Of a stretch of DNA of 20,000 nucleotides, positions 10,363 through 20,000 are shown piece after piece; positions within the stretch are counted from its first letter, which is position 1; every line of letters begins with the position of its first letter. The notes under the pieces were generated by a model. It made no database searches. It saw nothing but the letters and a program-made list of their open reading frames with translations, and was not told the origin of the DNA. The translations under genes were made by a program, and so were the position numbers. The DNA lies in contig NW_019091357.1 of the NCBI RefSeq assembly GCF_001949145.1, positions 3,413,004-3,433,003 on the forward strand, given 5' to 3'. This DNA is from Acanthaster planci. Lineage: Eukaryota.

Positions 10363-11058
10363 ATGCTGAAATGTCAGTTGTTTTACATACCTGTATGTTC
10401 TTGTTCGTGTAAAACAGATTTCCTTGTGCGGCTGCTTGTTTTGCTATGGTCTCATAACATGGCTGTTCCAATTTCGGAGTTTATTGACATCTTAACTTTT
10501 GAGTCACTGTCATCAATCCTAATTTATTTTTCTTTACTAAAGCAAATTTGCGATATTCAGTAAAAGTGCGCAGAAAATTTGGGAGCCAAGAGGCATGTTC
10601 TGTATGCCAAATTGTTCAGTATAGTGACGTTGTACTGTACTTGCATCCAAATTATTCATGACTTCACAGGGTACTCTGTAAATTGAATGGACAATTGGTC
10701 AGTTTGCTTTTGAAGAAAGACAATTGTTCACCTTTAATTTGTTTCTTTACATCATGACGCATTGACTCATATTAATGCACATTTAAAAACGTCCATGTTT
10801 ACATTTATCAAGTGCTCTACATGTACTTCAAAATTTGCAAATAATTACCATTTGGAAAGACTCTAGACACTTTAATACTACTTTTGAGGACTAAAAGCTT
10901 GTAACTATTGCATGATTTTAAAAATTGAATGGCATTCCCATTCGGGCAGCCAAAATACCAGCTCTGTTCAGTCAACCCAGTGGCTGTTCTGAACCTCATT
11001 TTTAAAAGGTTCACCACCGAAGGGAGATATTGACAAATTGGAAGATCCACCAACAAAG

Positions 11059-11131
11059 GGCTGGATAGCTCAGTTGGTAGAGCACTGGTATAGTGTTCCA
11101 GAGGTTGCAGGTTCAAATCCCACTCCAGTCA
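11059..11131 (+). pseudogene. tRNA-like cloverleaf (pseudo-tRNA or tRNA-derived repeat; nominal anticodon AGT)
   Basis: 73 nt. Acceptor ggctgga/tccagtc pairs 7/7 including one G-U. D stem gctc/gagc. A box tagctcagttggt, B box ggttcaaatccc. The T stem has two mismatches and the anticodon stem one. Confidence 0.75.
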
Positions 11132-11280
11132 ATTTCTTTGTTCATTTTTACAAGTTTTTCCTGGGACAAAATTCTATGTGCCTTTTGTATTTTTCAAGTT
11201 GTACATCCACATAGCCAGAGCATTAGAAAACAGTCTTTCATTTAAAATTATCACATTGCAAGTCATCGCAAATTGTTAGC

Positions 11281-11515
11281 TCAGTGCTGAAAGGTCATTA
11301 CTGCCAAAGTGTAATTTTTGAAAACACTCTAAGAGCCTTACTCTGTGCACGAAAAAAATATTTGATTTAAATAGTTTTTTATTTTTTTGTCATAAAACTG
11401 GGTTTTTTTGGCCAACATGTTTAAATTTTAACCAATTCTGTTTCCCAAATTAATATCTAAAACAATACTTTTCACGAAACACCTGTTAGTGCATTTAAGG
11501 ACCTTTTAGCACTGA
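11281..11515. mobile_element. AT-rich MITE with ~24-bp TIRs
   Basis: tcagtgctgaaaggtcattactgc versus the reverse complement of gcatttaaggaccttttagcactga; first 16 bp match 15/16. Confidence 0.7.
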
Positions 11516-11680
11516 CATGAAATTTTTTTCATTTGAAAATATTACCTTGCAAAAATACTTTTTGTGTATGTAAAACAATCACCATTTATCGCTATTCGTG
11601 TAACCAGTTAATTTCTATTTGCAAGTGAAATAAATGTTCATTTATTTAAACTAGCAGAAGAACTTGTTTGTACATGTATA

Positions 11681-11824
11681 TCTATTTGTAAAACTGTAGT
11701 ACTTTGCCACTTCACCCTTCTCCTAATCTGGACCACTTTACACTGCCAGAGTTCTATTTGTAAACCTGTAGTACTTTGCCACTTCACCCTTCTCTTAATC
11801 TGGACCATTTTACACTGCCAGAGT
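11681..11824. repeat. 72-bp tandem duplication
   Basis: 11681-11752 and 11753-11824 differ at only 3 positions. Confidence 0.95.
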
Positions 11825-12123
11825 TTACATCTGTTACCATCTTTAGGTTTTACATTACAGCCTCATCCTACATTAAAGCCCTGCTAGTCTTGAACATCTT
11901 CCAAGCTCCTTGTATAAAGTTCCCTCTTGGAGCCTTTTAGTCTCAATCTTATAAGGGCTACAATAAACCCAATAGCAGAATGGAACATTAAGAAACTACA
12001 TCCTTCAGCCCCATGGGATCCTCAGAGCCGTAATACTGACAGTCCCAAGCCCTCAGTCATCCCCTCAACCCTACCTATCAGCTCTCAGACTTCCAGCCCC
12101 AAGGACTTCCACCCTTGCCCATC

Positions 12124-12175
12124 NNNNNNNNNNNNNNNNNNNNNNNNNNNNNNNNNNNNNNNNNNNNNNNNNNNN
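12124..12175. other. Assembly gap (52 N)
   Basis: Run of N characters. Confidence 0.99.
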
Positions 12176-12265
12176 ACAAGGACCTGGGTTCAATCCCAGG
12201 TGGGCATGCACAATTTTGTTAAAAAACTTAGAAAAAAAAAAAAAAAAAAAAAAAAACTTCCTTTT

Positions 12266-12339
12266 CCGGGAACCCCGGGATTTGAACCGGGGTCCCCTGG
12301 CCTGGCAGCCAGCTAGCTAACCACCAGGCCAATTGCCTC
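12266..12339 (-). pseudogene. Degenerate tRNA-like sequence (SINE-head-like)
   Basis: Minus strand shows A box tggcctggtggtt, hairpin ctggc-tgccag-gccag, T arm ccccgg-ttcaaatc-ccgggg, then a long T run. Loop sizes are non-canonical. Confidence 0.6.
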
Positions 12340-13423
12340 TTGATAGATATTATTTCGGAACTTATATTTAAAGGTTAGGATTGCGCAATTTCAAAAAAGG
12401 TCAGAGGGCACAGCACATTTGCATGTATTTAAATAACAAAAACAAATTTCAATGTGTTAAGAAAGGGAGAATACACTAAATATTCAGACCTTGCATGTAT
12501 TTCACTATATTTTAGGTCAAACATATTTGCAAACCTTTTTATATTTATACTTCCAAATGCTCAGTTTTATATCGTACATGTCACTAAAAATTCAACTGTG
12601 TTGGTTGAAACTTGAACACATAACTTGGAGAAAGATTCTGCTAGGATTGAAACGTCACGTCCTCTGAATTTTTCAATTTAGAAAATATTTTACTGTTTTC
12701 AGTATCTTGCTATAGACATTAACATTTGTCAGCTTTTCTGGATGAGTGGGGGCGCTACTGCTGTGCTGTAAATTAGGGAATTCAGGCAGGGTTCAGTTCT
12801 TTTTTCCCTCTTTCCATTACACCATTGTGGGATGTAGCAGGCTTCATGGAATGGTAATAGCGCCCTCTATGGTTGGTCAGCATTTTGTAGCGGAGCCTCT
12901 GATGCAGCCAACACAAGGGAGTTCCTCCTGCCAGGATTGCTAGGAGAAACCAATCAATGTCATCAAGTTCTGTCAATTTTAATCCAGTGTTAACTCTGAA
13001 GTTGCCGGGTTATTTCGTACCATCTCACAGCCGAGATCAGGGCCGTCCCAAGCTCGATTTTTTTCAACACTCGGCGTGCATGTAAAACTCTCTTTATCAA
13101 TACAGATGTGGAGTTTCAAATCAATCTGATGTATACAACTTATATATGTAGTTGATACGCTCATTTGAAGTTGAAGGTTACAATTGTACCAGCCACTGTG
13201 TGCACTCACTGCAGCAGTTGAAAGCAAAGATCGTATAGCGCCGCAAAGCGATCTTTGGTTGAAAGCACAGGTGCGTTTTTTGGTTGACCTATTTCGGGAA
13301 AGTGGGTGCTGCATGAGAACAGTATGTGTGATTTTCACAGAACTGCTATCAAAGTGACTGTAAAAAGCTGCTATATGAAACTAAAGGCTTGGCTGGAAAA
13401 AAATGGAAACGTATGGCTGACCT

Positions 13424-13712
13424 CTTTCATGTGGCCAAGTGGTTTGGGTCTACGGTTTCCAATCATAGGTTTGGTGGTTCGAATCCAGCTGCAGGCAGTA
13501 TGTTATGGCCCTTGGCAAGCCACTTCACCCCTGCTTGCCTCTCTCCACCCAGGAGTATAAATGGGTACCAGCACTAGCTGGGGAAGCAACCTGTGATGGA
13601 CTGGCATCTCATCCAGGGGAAACGGAAATATTCTCAGTCATTTCATGCCAAGGAAACTGCAATAAACACCGGCCTGATGAGCCAAATTGGCCCAAACCAG
13701 ACTTGCTTTTTG
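13424..13712 (+). mobile_element. tRNA-derived SINE, near full length
   Basis: A box tggccaagtgg (13432-13442), B box ggttcgaatcc (13476-13486). CORE-like cccttggcaagccactt. Central ctctccacccaggagtataaatgggtacc and 3' cctgtgatggactggcatctcatccaggg segments are typical of invertebrate SINEs. Confidence 0.85.
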
Positions 13713-14479
13713 GCTTTTTCTTTCAGGAAAAAGGGGTGCTTGTAACGAGAACAATACATGTGTGTGTGTGATTTTCACAGAGTTGGTGTCAAAAAAGACC
13801 ACAAAAGAGTTACTTTAAACCTCCTGAAGGCTTGACTGCTGTACTGTGGCAATATCAGAAAAAATCTTGAGGGGGCAGATTCTATCTACTCCCCGGTACT
13901 TTTAGAGTCGAATGAAGACATACAATTAACTGCACAATGGTGATTGTTTAGTTAAAGTGATTTGGTTCAGGTAATATCTTACAACCCCTATTGGCTTGAT
14001 TGTCTATATTTGAAATCTTCAATATAAATCGATCAATCAATGACGTTTATTTCCATACTGGTGAAGATCAGGAAAAGTAAACAATAAAAGTACAAATACA
14101 TAAATCAAGAGATTATTATAGAGTAACAAAAACATAAGTAAAGGGAAAACCAATATGGAGGTTTTTTCAGAAGCCAGGAGGCTTGTACTGAAAAGCCCTT
14201 GACTAAACAAACTTTACAGAGAGACAGCAAAAAGCAAGATAACAAAAAACAACAACAGCAATAAATTAACTTAAGGGGGAATACCTTATGACGGAAATAA
14301 AAATTAGTGGAAAATGACGATACTAAATTTGGTACTTTATACTAACGATGATGATAAGGAATTATGCGGAAAGACGACATGAAAATTACAAAAAACAGAA
14401 AAAAAAACCCACAACAGTGTGATAAAAAGGCAGGAATACATCAGGAAACTAAGCTGTGTAGATGTATTGGGAAACCAAA

Positions 14480-15885
14480 AATAATTTGAATGAGGCCTTC
14501 AATCGACCCAAAGACAACTGTGTTTCAAAGCCTTATCAAGACCGTTCCACAAGTGTGGCCCCTGAAATCTAAGAGTGTATGCTGTGCGGGTGAAAGGAAC
14601 ATAAAGATTGCTGAGATACCAAGTGCTGTGCTCTTGAGTATCGTGAACTGCAGAAAAGTAGGATAAAAAGATAGAAGAAGTTTGTTGATGAACTTATACG
14701 TGAAAATGCTGGTGTGAAATGTGTTAATGTCAGTTAGAGTTAATGTGTGGAGTCTAAAAAAGAGAGGTGCAGTGTGGTCACGAGGGTGTGAAAGTGTACA
14801 AGTTCTAAAGGCTCGTTTCTGGTGATTGTAAGAGGAGGATGCCCAGACAATATTGCAATACATGTAGTTCAGATAGGGAAGCATTAGGGTAAAGAGAAAA
14901 CAGGTTAAATGGCGGTAGAAAAGCACACAGTTTAGTTAGATCACCTATAGTTTTAGAGATAGTCTTGGAAACAGACGAAATGTGGTCAATTCCAGGTAAG
15001 TTTGTCGTTTATGATGATGCCAAGGAGTTTCATAGATCGGACCTGGGTAATGGGCGTGTTGTCAATATTAATAGGAAAAGTCAGAAGATTGGGATTATTA
15101 GATTTACTGAAAAGAACGCATTTAGTTTTTCCAGGATTGAGGGACAGTTTGTTGGACTTGAACCAGGAGGAGACTTGAATGAGCTCAGAGTTGAGAGTTT
15201 GAGTGACAGACTGGAAAGAAGAAACTGAGTAAATGATAGTAGTATCATCGGCAAATAGGAGAAAAGATAACCAAGAGGAAGAATTGTGTAGGTCATTAAT
15301 GTAGACTAAGAAGAGAAGAGGACCAAGTATGGAGCCTTGAGGAACACCATGAGTGACAACTCCTTAGGCTGAAAGTTATTTATGAGAGTATATTGTTGCC
15401 TGTCAGCCATGTAATTAGACAACCATTTAAGGGTGCATCCTCTGACATCATAAAAGGAAAGTTTAGAAGTGAAGATGTCACGATCAATAGTATTGAATGC
15501 CTTTTATAAGTCCATAAAAACACCAGAAGTACACAGTTTGTTGGACAGAGAAGTAGAAATGAGATCGGTAAGGTGGATGAGAGCCATGTCTGTGCAAAAG
15601 CTGGGGCGGAAACCAAATTGTTGATTCGATAGACTATTAAAGTTTGAAAAGAATTTAAAGTGTATATTGAACACGATCCTCTCAAGAAAGTTAGAGAAAA
15701 AAGGCAGAACAGAAATTGGACAATACTTGCAGATATCACGAGGGTCGTCACTTTTAAAGACAGGAGTGACTTTAGCAACCTTCAGATTCGAGGGAACGAT
15801 ACCGGAAGAAAGAGATAATTGAAAATGTGAGCAAGAGGAGCGGAAATAAGAGAAATGACGGATTTAACAACCGATGAGCGAATGG
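14480..15885 (-). pseudogene. LINE ORF2 reverse transcriptase region (frameshifts and stops)
   Basis: Manual translation gives KVAKVTPVFKSDD, YCPISVLP, NQQFGFRP, GVFMDL*KAFNTID, GVPQGSILGPLLFLVYINDL, LFADDT, LPYLNY..CNIVWAS, QKRAFR, HTAPLF and GPHLWNGL. Confidence 0.95.
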
Positions 15886-15889
15886 GTGG

Positions 15890-16570
15890 AAAGGCTTGCG
15901 GTAGCACCATGCGAAGGAAGATATCTCTCGCATGGTGTTTCTGACTGCGTGCTCAGACCAGGCAGGAGCCTGAAGAGATGCTGAAGATGGGGCTGCACAT
16001 ACAAGGTGGCTGGATGCAGCGGGGTGTGATGAGGATGCTGGTGGTGGGCGCTCATGCGGGACAGGGTCCTGCAGGGCAGTGAGGCGTGTCAGTTGGGCAT
16101 AGGTAGGTGCTGGGTGAGGGCCGAGGGTATAGGAGACCCATAGGCAGGGTGGGGGTGTCCTAGGGTATAGAGGACCCATTGGACTGGGGGTTGAGCAGGG
16201 GTTGCCAGATGTCACTGATTGAGAAACCGATGTCTTGGGGAACGGTATTGTCCAAGGTTTCTCTGATGCATCTTGGGTACCAGTTCTCAACGCTAGTGAT
16301 TAGGTGGGCTAGATCCCAGTGGATGCGGAAGTCTTTTGAGTGGGAATGCTTGACTATTGCCGACTTCTCATAGTTTCCCTTCCTGCCATGGGCTTGGTGT
16401 TCTTTGAGTCTGGTGGGGAGGTCTCTACCAGTCTCGCCAATACACACTTTGCCGCACTGGCAAGGGATCTTATACACCCCTGGTGGGTGGTGTGGATCTT
16501 GTCGGTCCTTGTGGGATGTCGGCATGCTGCGGATCGTGAGAGGAGCTGTGTGGAACCCCTTGATGCCCTC
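15890..16570 (-). mobile_element. Penelope-like element 3' fragment with a decayed GIY-YIG endonuclease
   Basis: KDRQDPHHPPGVYKIPCQCGKVCIGETGRDLPTRLKEHQ...KSAIVKH...IHWD...IRE...QDIGFSISDIWQPLL (~16190-16570) matches the PLE GIY-YIG domain, with YIG changed to CIG. A C-rich 3' region follows. Confidence 0.9.
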
Positions 16571-17130
16571 AAATAGCACAGCTTCCTCTCTTTCGAAATG
16601 GCATTCAGACACAAATCAAAATGGCGTAAGAAATTGTCAGGTTGAATACCAGGAGCCCTGTAGACATTTCCTATGATTAAATTACAGGCATGTTCACGTT
16701 CAATTTCAATGAACACACATTCAACATCTTCTGAAGTTTGCATCAGATCATCACGGACATGGAAATTCAGAGTTTTATGCATGAACATGGCTGCTCCCCC
16801 TCCGAGTTTTTGAGAACGGGAAGAATGAATCAAGTTGTAATTAATCATGCGAACATACGGAGGAGGAGCTTCTCTGAACCACATTTCTGTGAACCCACAG
16901 AGGGTGAAGTCACAAGAGAGTGTAGAAAGAAAGTCCTGTAAAAATGATACCGTAGAAATGTCTGCAGAGGCTCCTGGAATTCAGGTAAAAGATTGAAAAA
17001 GAGCCGTCTTGTTGAGTGTTTAAGCTTTAGAACTCGTCGCTGTGTAAATTTAAGCATAAGTTGTTGTCAACATTATCAAGCAAATCATGGGAAGTTATGT
17101 AACATAAGACCTTATGAAAGAATACAAACC
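16571..17130 (-). pseudogene. LINE ORF2 apurinic-like endonuclease (APE), N-terminal part
   Basis: Motifs FSIFYLNSRSL, CGFTEMWF, GGGAAMFMH, ECVFIEI, IIGNVYRAP and KLCYL. Truncated exactly before the expected GDFN motif. Confidence 0.92.
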
Positions 17131-17483
17131 AAAGACAAAAACTATGTAAAGGGACAAATAACAATTAAGTATTATTATTATTTTTGCGTATTAATTATAT
17201 TTACAGTAAGAAAAAGAGGGATGAAGTGTCTTTGTAAAAGACCTACAATCACACAAACAAGATAACAAAGATGAAAGCTGGAGCTAGAGTAAAACAACAT
17301 AATAACTAAAACGAAAGTAATCAGCAAGGTAAGCGAACAAAATAAACAAGAGTGATCACCGAAGCAGGTAAAAGCTGAAAGGTGACGCATGAAACAAATG
17401 GAGATAAATAAAGTAATTGCAAATGTCAATGTTTAGACGTTGAGCAGCTGAAGCAAAGGGAACGTAGGTGAAGATGCTGATGA

Positions 17484-18215
17484 TTAGTGGGCTTGGTTGT
17501 AAAAGTGAGCTAGAAAGCCACCCTTACCTCTCTACTTACCAGCCACAGAATGGTACTTGATGCCTTCTTGATAGGCTTAAGCAGCATGTGCAGACCACGG
17601 TCTCTTTTCATTGAGATTGATCTTGGTCAGGTCATCTGTGCAGTAGAATGGCTTGCTGGACAAGACTTGGTGTTGCCGCTGTAGGATCGAGATTTTATCC
17701 TGGTAGCAATTTAACTTCATCAGTAGGTGTTGCGATTTCCCATCAGATTTGGGGTCATTGAGATGAGCTCTTTCCAGCTTAACTTCGGCCATGTCGAACT
17801 TGTCACTCAATAGCTTCTTTGCTGGGCTAAGCAGTCCTCTCCGGGTTTTTGTGGCTGGCCAATAATTCTCAAATTATTCCTGCAGGAGAAGTGTTCCAGC
17901 TTGTTGAGTTGCTGTGCCTGATCCGCGATGATTTTCTCTGCCTTTGCCATCTTCGATACAAGCAGATCATGGTCAACCATCTTGGATTCTAGATCACCGA
18001 TAAGCTTACTCTAGAACTCTATTGTTTCGTTGATGTTGGCTTCCAAGTTGTCTTCACGATCACGCAATTCCACATGCCCAGCACGAATTTCAGCTTTCAA
18101 ATGTCTCTCGCTCGGTGTCGGAAATTGACGCAACTTCGCCGTGTAGTGTAGCCTGTGGCGATAGTACAGGAGGAGGCTCAGTTTCACTCACAGATTCACT
18201 TGTTTTCTTCGGCAT
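17484..18215 (-). pseudogene. LINE ORF1 (coiled coil plus L1-ORF1/Transposase_22-like RRM), disrupted
   Basis: ATG at 18215 (MPKKTSESVSET...), then LNKLEHFSCRNNLRIIG, KLERAH, YQDKISIL and TDDLTK. Contains internal stops and frameshifts. Confidence 0.8.
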
Positions 18216-18457
18216 GGTTTGGGTGATACTCCCTCAAATTGATCACAGACAAGGAGCAATGTAGCCCTGATGTTTTGATTTGGAAAATAGCAGGTGGAAT
18301 GCATGATTATGGCGTGTAGGTTGCCAAGTTGTCAGACCCTCTTAGTTGTTCATCTTGTCAAACAGTCGCCATTGTAATTGTTGTTACTTTGTGCACATGT
18401 CTGTGATATCAATGTATGGACTCAACATCATCTTCAATATTTGAAAAGACAACTTAC

Positions 18458-18553
18458 AGTCACTGCAGAAGACAGACTTCTCCTGGATGGACAGCACACG
18501 TTTCTTCCACTCTCACTACCATTTCTGCTTCTATCCACTTGCCAACAAGTGCC
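18458..18553 (-). other. Candidate isolated 96-nt exon
   Basis: Acceptor tttttctttgttgttag and consensus gtaagt donor. Open in phase 0 (GTCWQVDRSRNGSESGRNVCCPSRRSLSSAVT). No recognised homology. Confidence 0.3.
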
Positions 18554-20000
18554 CTAACAACAAAGAAAAACTTAAATTGAATGGAGAAATAGAAAGGCCT
18601 CATTTCTGTCAATTAATATGAATGATTCCAAAGCCATTCTCATAAATAAAACAAGCACAACATATAACCATAACTGTTCAGGGTTGTTTGGCTAGAAAGC
18701 CCGCCAGACACATAAGTCTGCATAATTTACCAAAGTAATTTGCTTGCCCAGTGTAGCAAGATCCTACAGATCGGCTCTCCCCAAGGCCAAACAGCCTGGG
18801 AGTCTGTGGTTGCCAGCCACCACAAGATCCAACAGTGGCATTGTTTAATGAGACCAGCTCCCATTGTCTCTCCATGACCAGTTTGTTTGGCTGCTGTTGA
18901 TTGCCCAGTACATCAAAAGGTGCATTAATTCCCACTGGACTTTTTTGGTTAACTTACCGTGATTTCCCTGTAGAATTACAAAATTCAATCCAATGGGAAC
19001 ACGCAGTAAACTAACGTCCCTGTCAACTTATTGCGATTGCGATGTAAAAATAACAGGCCGGAAAGGTCGCGGAGGATTTTCGCGCAGCCATATTAAGTTA
19101 ACAGGGGGGCAAAAAGTCCAATGGGAACAGTTCCCATACAATGTAGATTGACCGCGACCACACTAAACATACGAACCAGACCACTGCCTGCACAGAGAAA
19201 ATGGTTGTATGATTCCCAGCCCCCAGCTCCATGCGTACAGTACAGCAGCATGCCGCGCACACACAATGAGGCGTGCCCGGATAAAGCTATACACACATTG
19301 TGTACAGGGCTTTTCCTGTACGAGGGTGTAATCCCTGCGGCAGATTTGGCCAAATTCGTCTGATTTTATCTTTGTCTTTGTCAGATTTTGCCGATTTCAT
19401 CATGATTCGTACAGCGCAGGCAATGTAATCAGCTGGCCTTATTAGGCCTAACACAGTGAATAAGCACTAAATTATGGTTTAAAAAGTCCATGTGGCAATG
19501 CGCGATAGATTGACATGACGGAATGTCGCGGTTTCCACATGACCGCGGAAGAAAAAGTCCAATGGGAACACAGCTATAGTGCATCAGACTTGTACATCTG
19601 CTGCAGTATGCCGCATCTGGCAGGGTTAGGGTCAAGGTCAATGTTTGCAAAGTGATACATGCAGTTTTCACCATTGCTTAAAACTCCTCTTCTAAAGATT
19701 GCAGACTGCTGGCCCTCTTTGATTCCACCATCTGACCGACCGTCTTGAAATTGGACCTTCATCAATGTTCCAAGAGCAGATATGACAAAAATTGGGAGGC
19801 TTGATCTGTGAAATAAAAATAATCGTAAAATTATTTAAATAATTCACCCATTTATAATAAAAAAATTTCTTTTTACAAGACAAATACATGTAGTCATTTT
19901 CATGTTTTTTTTAAGGAGCTGCAAGAAAACTGTTCAAAGGTTCAAAATTGTGGCTTTCATCAGTAAATTTTGGGGGAAATTACAACCCAAGACAGGTTTA

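Larger units (their letters stand above)
14026..18340 (-). mobile_element. Decayed CR1/L2-group (Crack/Daphne-like) non-LTR retrotransposon, internally interrupted
   Basis: Colinear ORF1, spacer, APE N-terminal half, RT and a T-rich 3'UTR ending in aataaa followed by an (ATTG)n tail near 14030-14052. The 5' boundary is uncertain (18300-18430). Confidence 0.9.

Noticed and set aside
10063..10563. 166-aa ORF with KRGRYLPKQRV repeats
   Set aside because: Explained by the 45-bp higher-order repeat and a homopolymer tract; no recognisable domain.
11059..11131. Functional tRNA-Thr(AGT)
   Set aside because: Two T-stem mismatches, an anticodon-stem mismatch and a purine at position 32. Called pseudo-tRNA instead.
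11927..12316. 129-aa ORF
   Set aside because: It spans the N gap and a poly(A) tract, so it is an artefact.
13674..13697. CTGATGA plus hairpin as a hammerhead core
   Set aside because: It is followed by ccaaac rather than GAAAC, and it belongs to the ordinary SINE 3' tail.
15930..15995. Hammerhead ribozyme in the Penelope 3' region
   Set aside because: The minus-strand ctgagca...gaaac lacks G8 and stem II. The plus-strand ctgaaga copies have no following GAAA.
16160..16884. Functional in-frame APE-GIY-YIG fusion protein
   Set aside because: The APE frame (16354-16884) reads into the PLE fragment out of frame. The GIY-YIG has YIG changed to CIG and an apparent internal deletion.

Overview
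AT-rich, intron-containing animal genomic DNA; the repeat landscape suggests a marine invertebrate such as an echinoderm (inference). It is not prokaryotic and contains no CRISPR array. The left end holds the first three coding exons of a phosphotriesterase-related protein gene (PTER) on the minus strand (898-931, 575-737, <1-91), which splice cleanly in frame. The rest is mostly repeat-rich sequence: several MITE-like elements, palindromic and higher-order minisatellites, tRNA-derived SINE or pseudo-tRNA pieces, and a 52-N gap. The largest element is a decayed ~4.3 kb CR1/L2-group LINE on the minus strand (ORF1, APE endonuclease, RT). About 1 kb of its ORF2 is missing and is replaced by a co-oriented Penelope-like GIY-YIG fragment. 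Weaker signals: a possible decayed spliced gene on + at ~4.5-8.8 kb, a degenerate hammerhead-like motif, and a recurrent CTCF-like GAGGGCGCT core. I see no convincing new biological system; the LINE/Penelope chimera is the most unusual structure.
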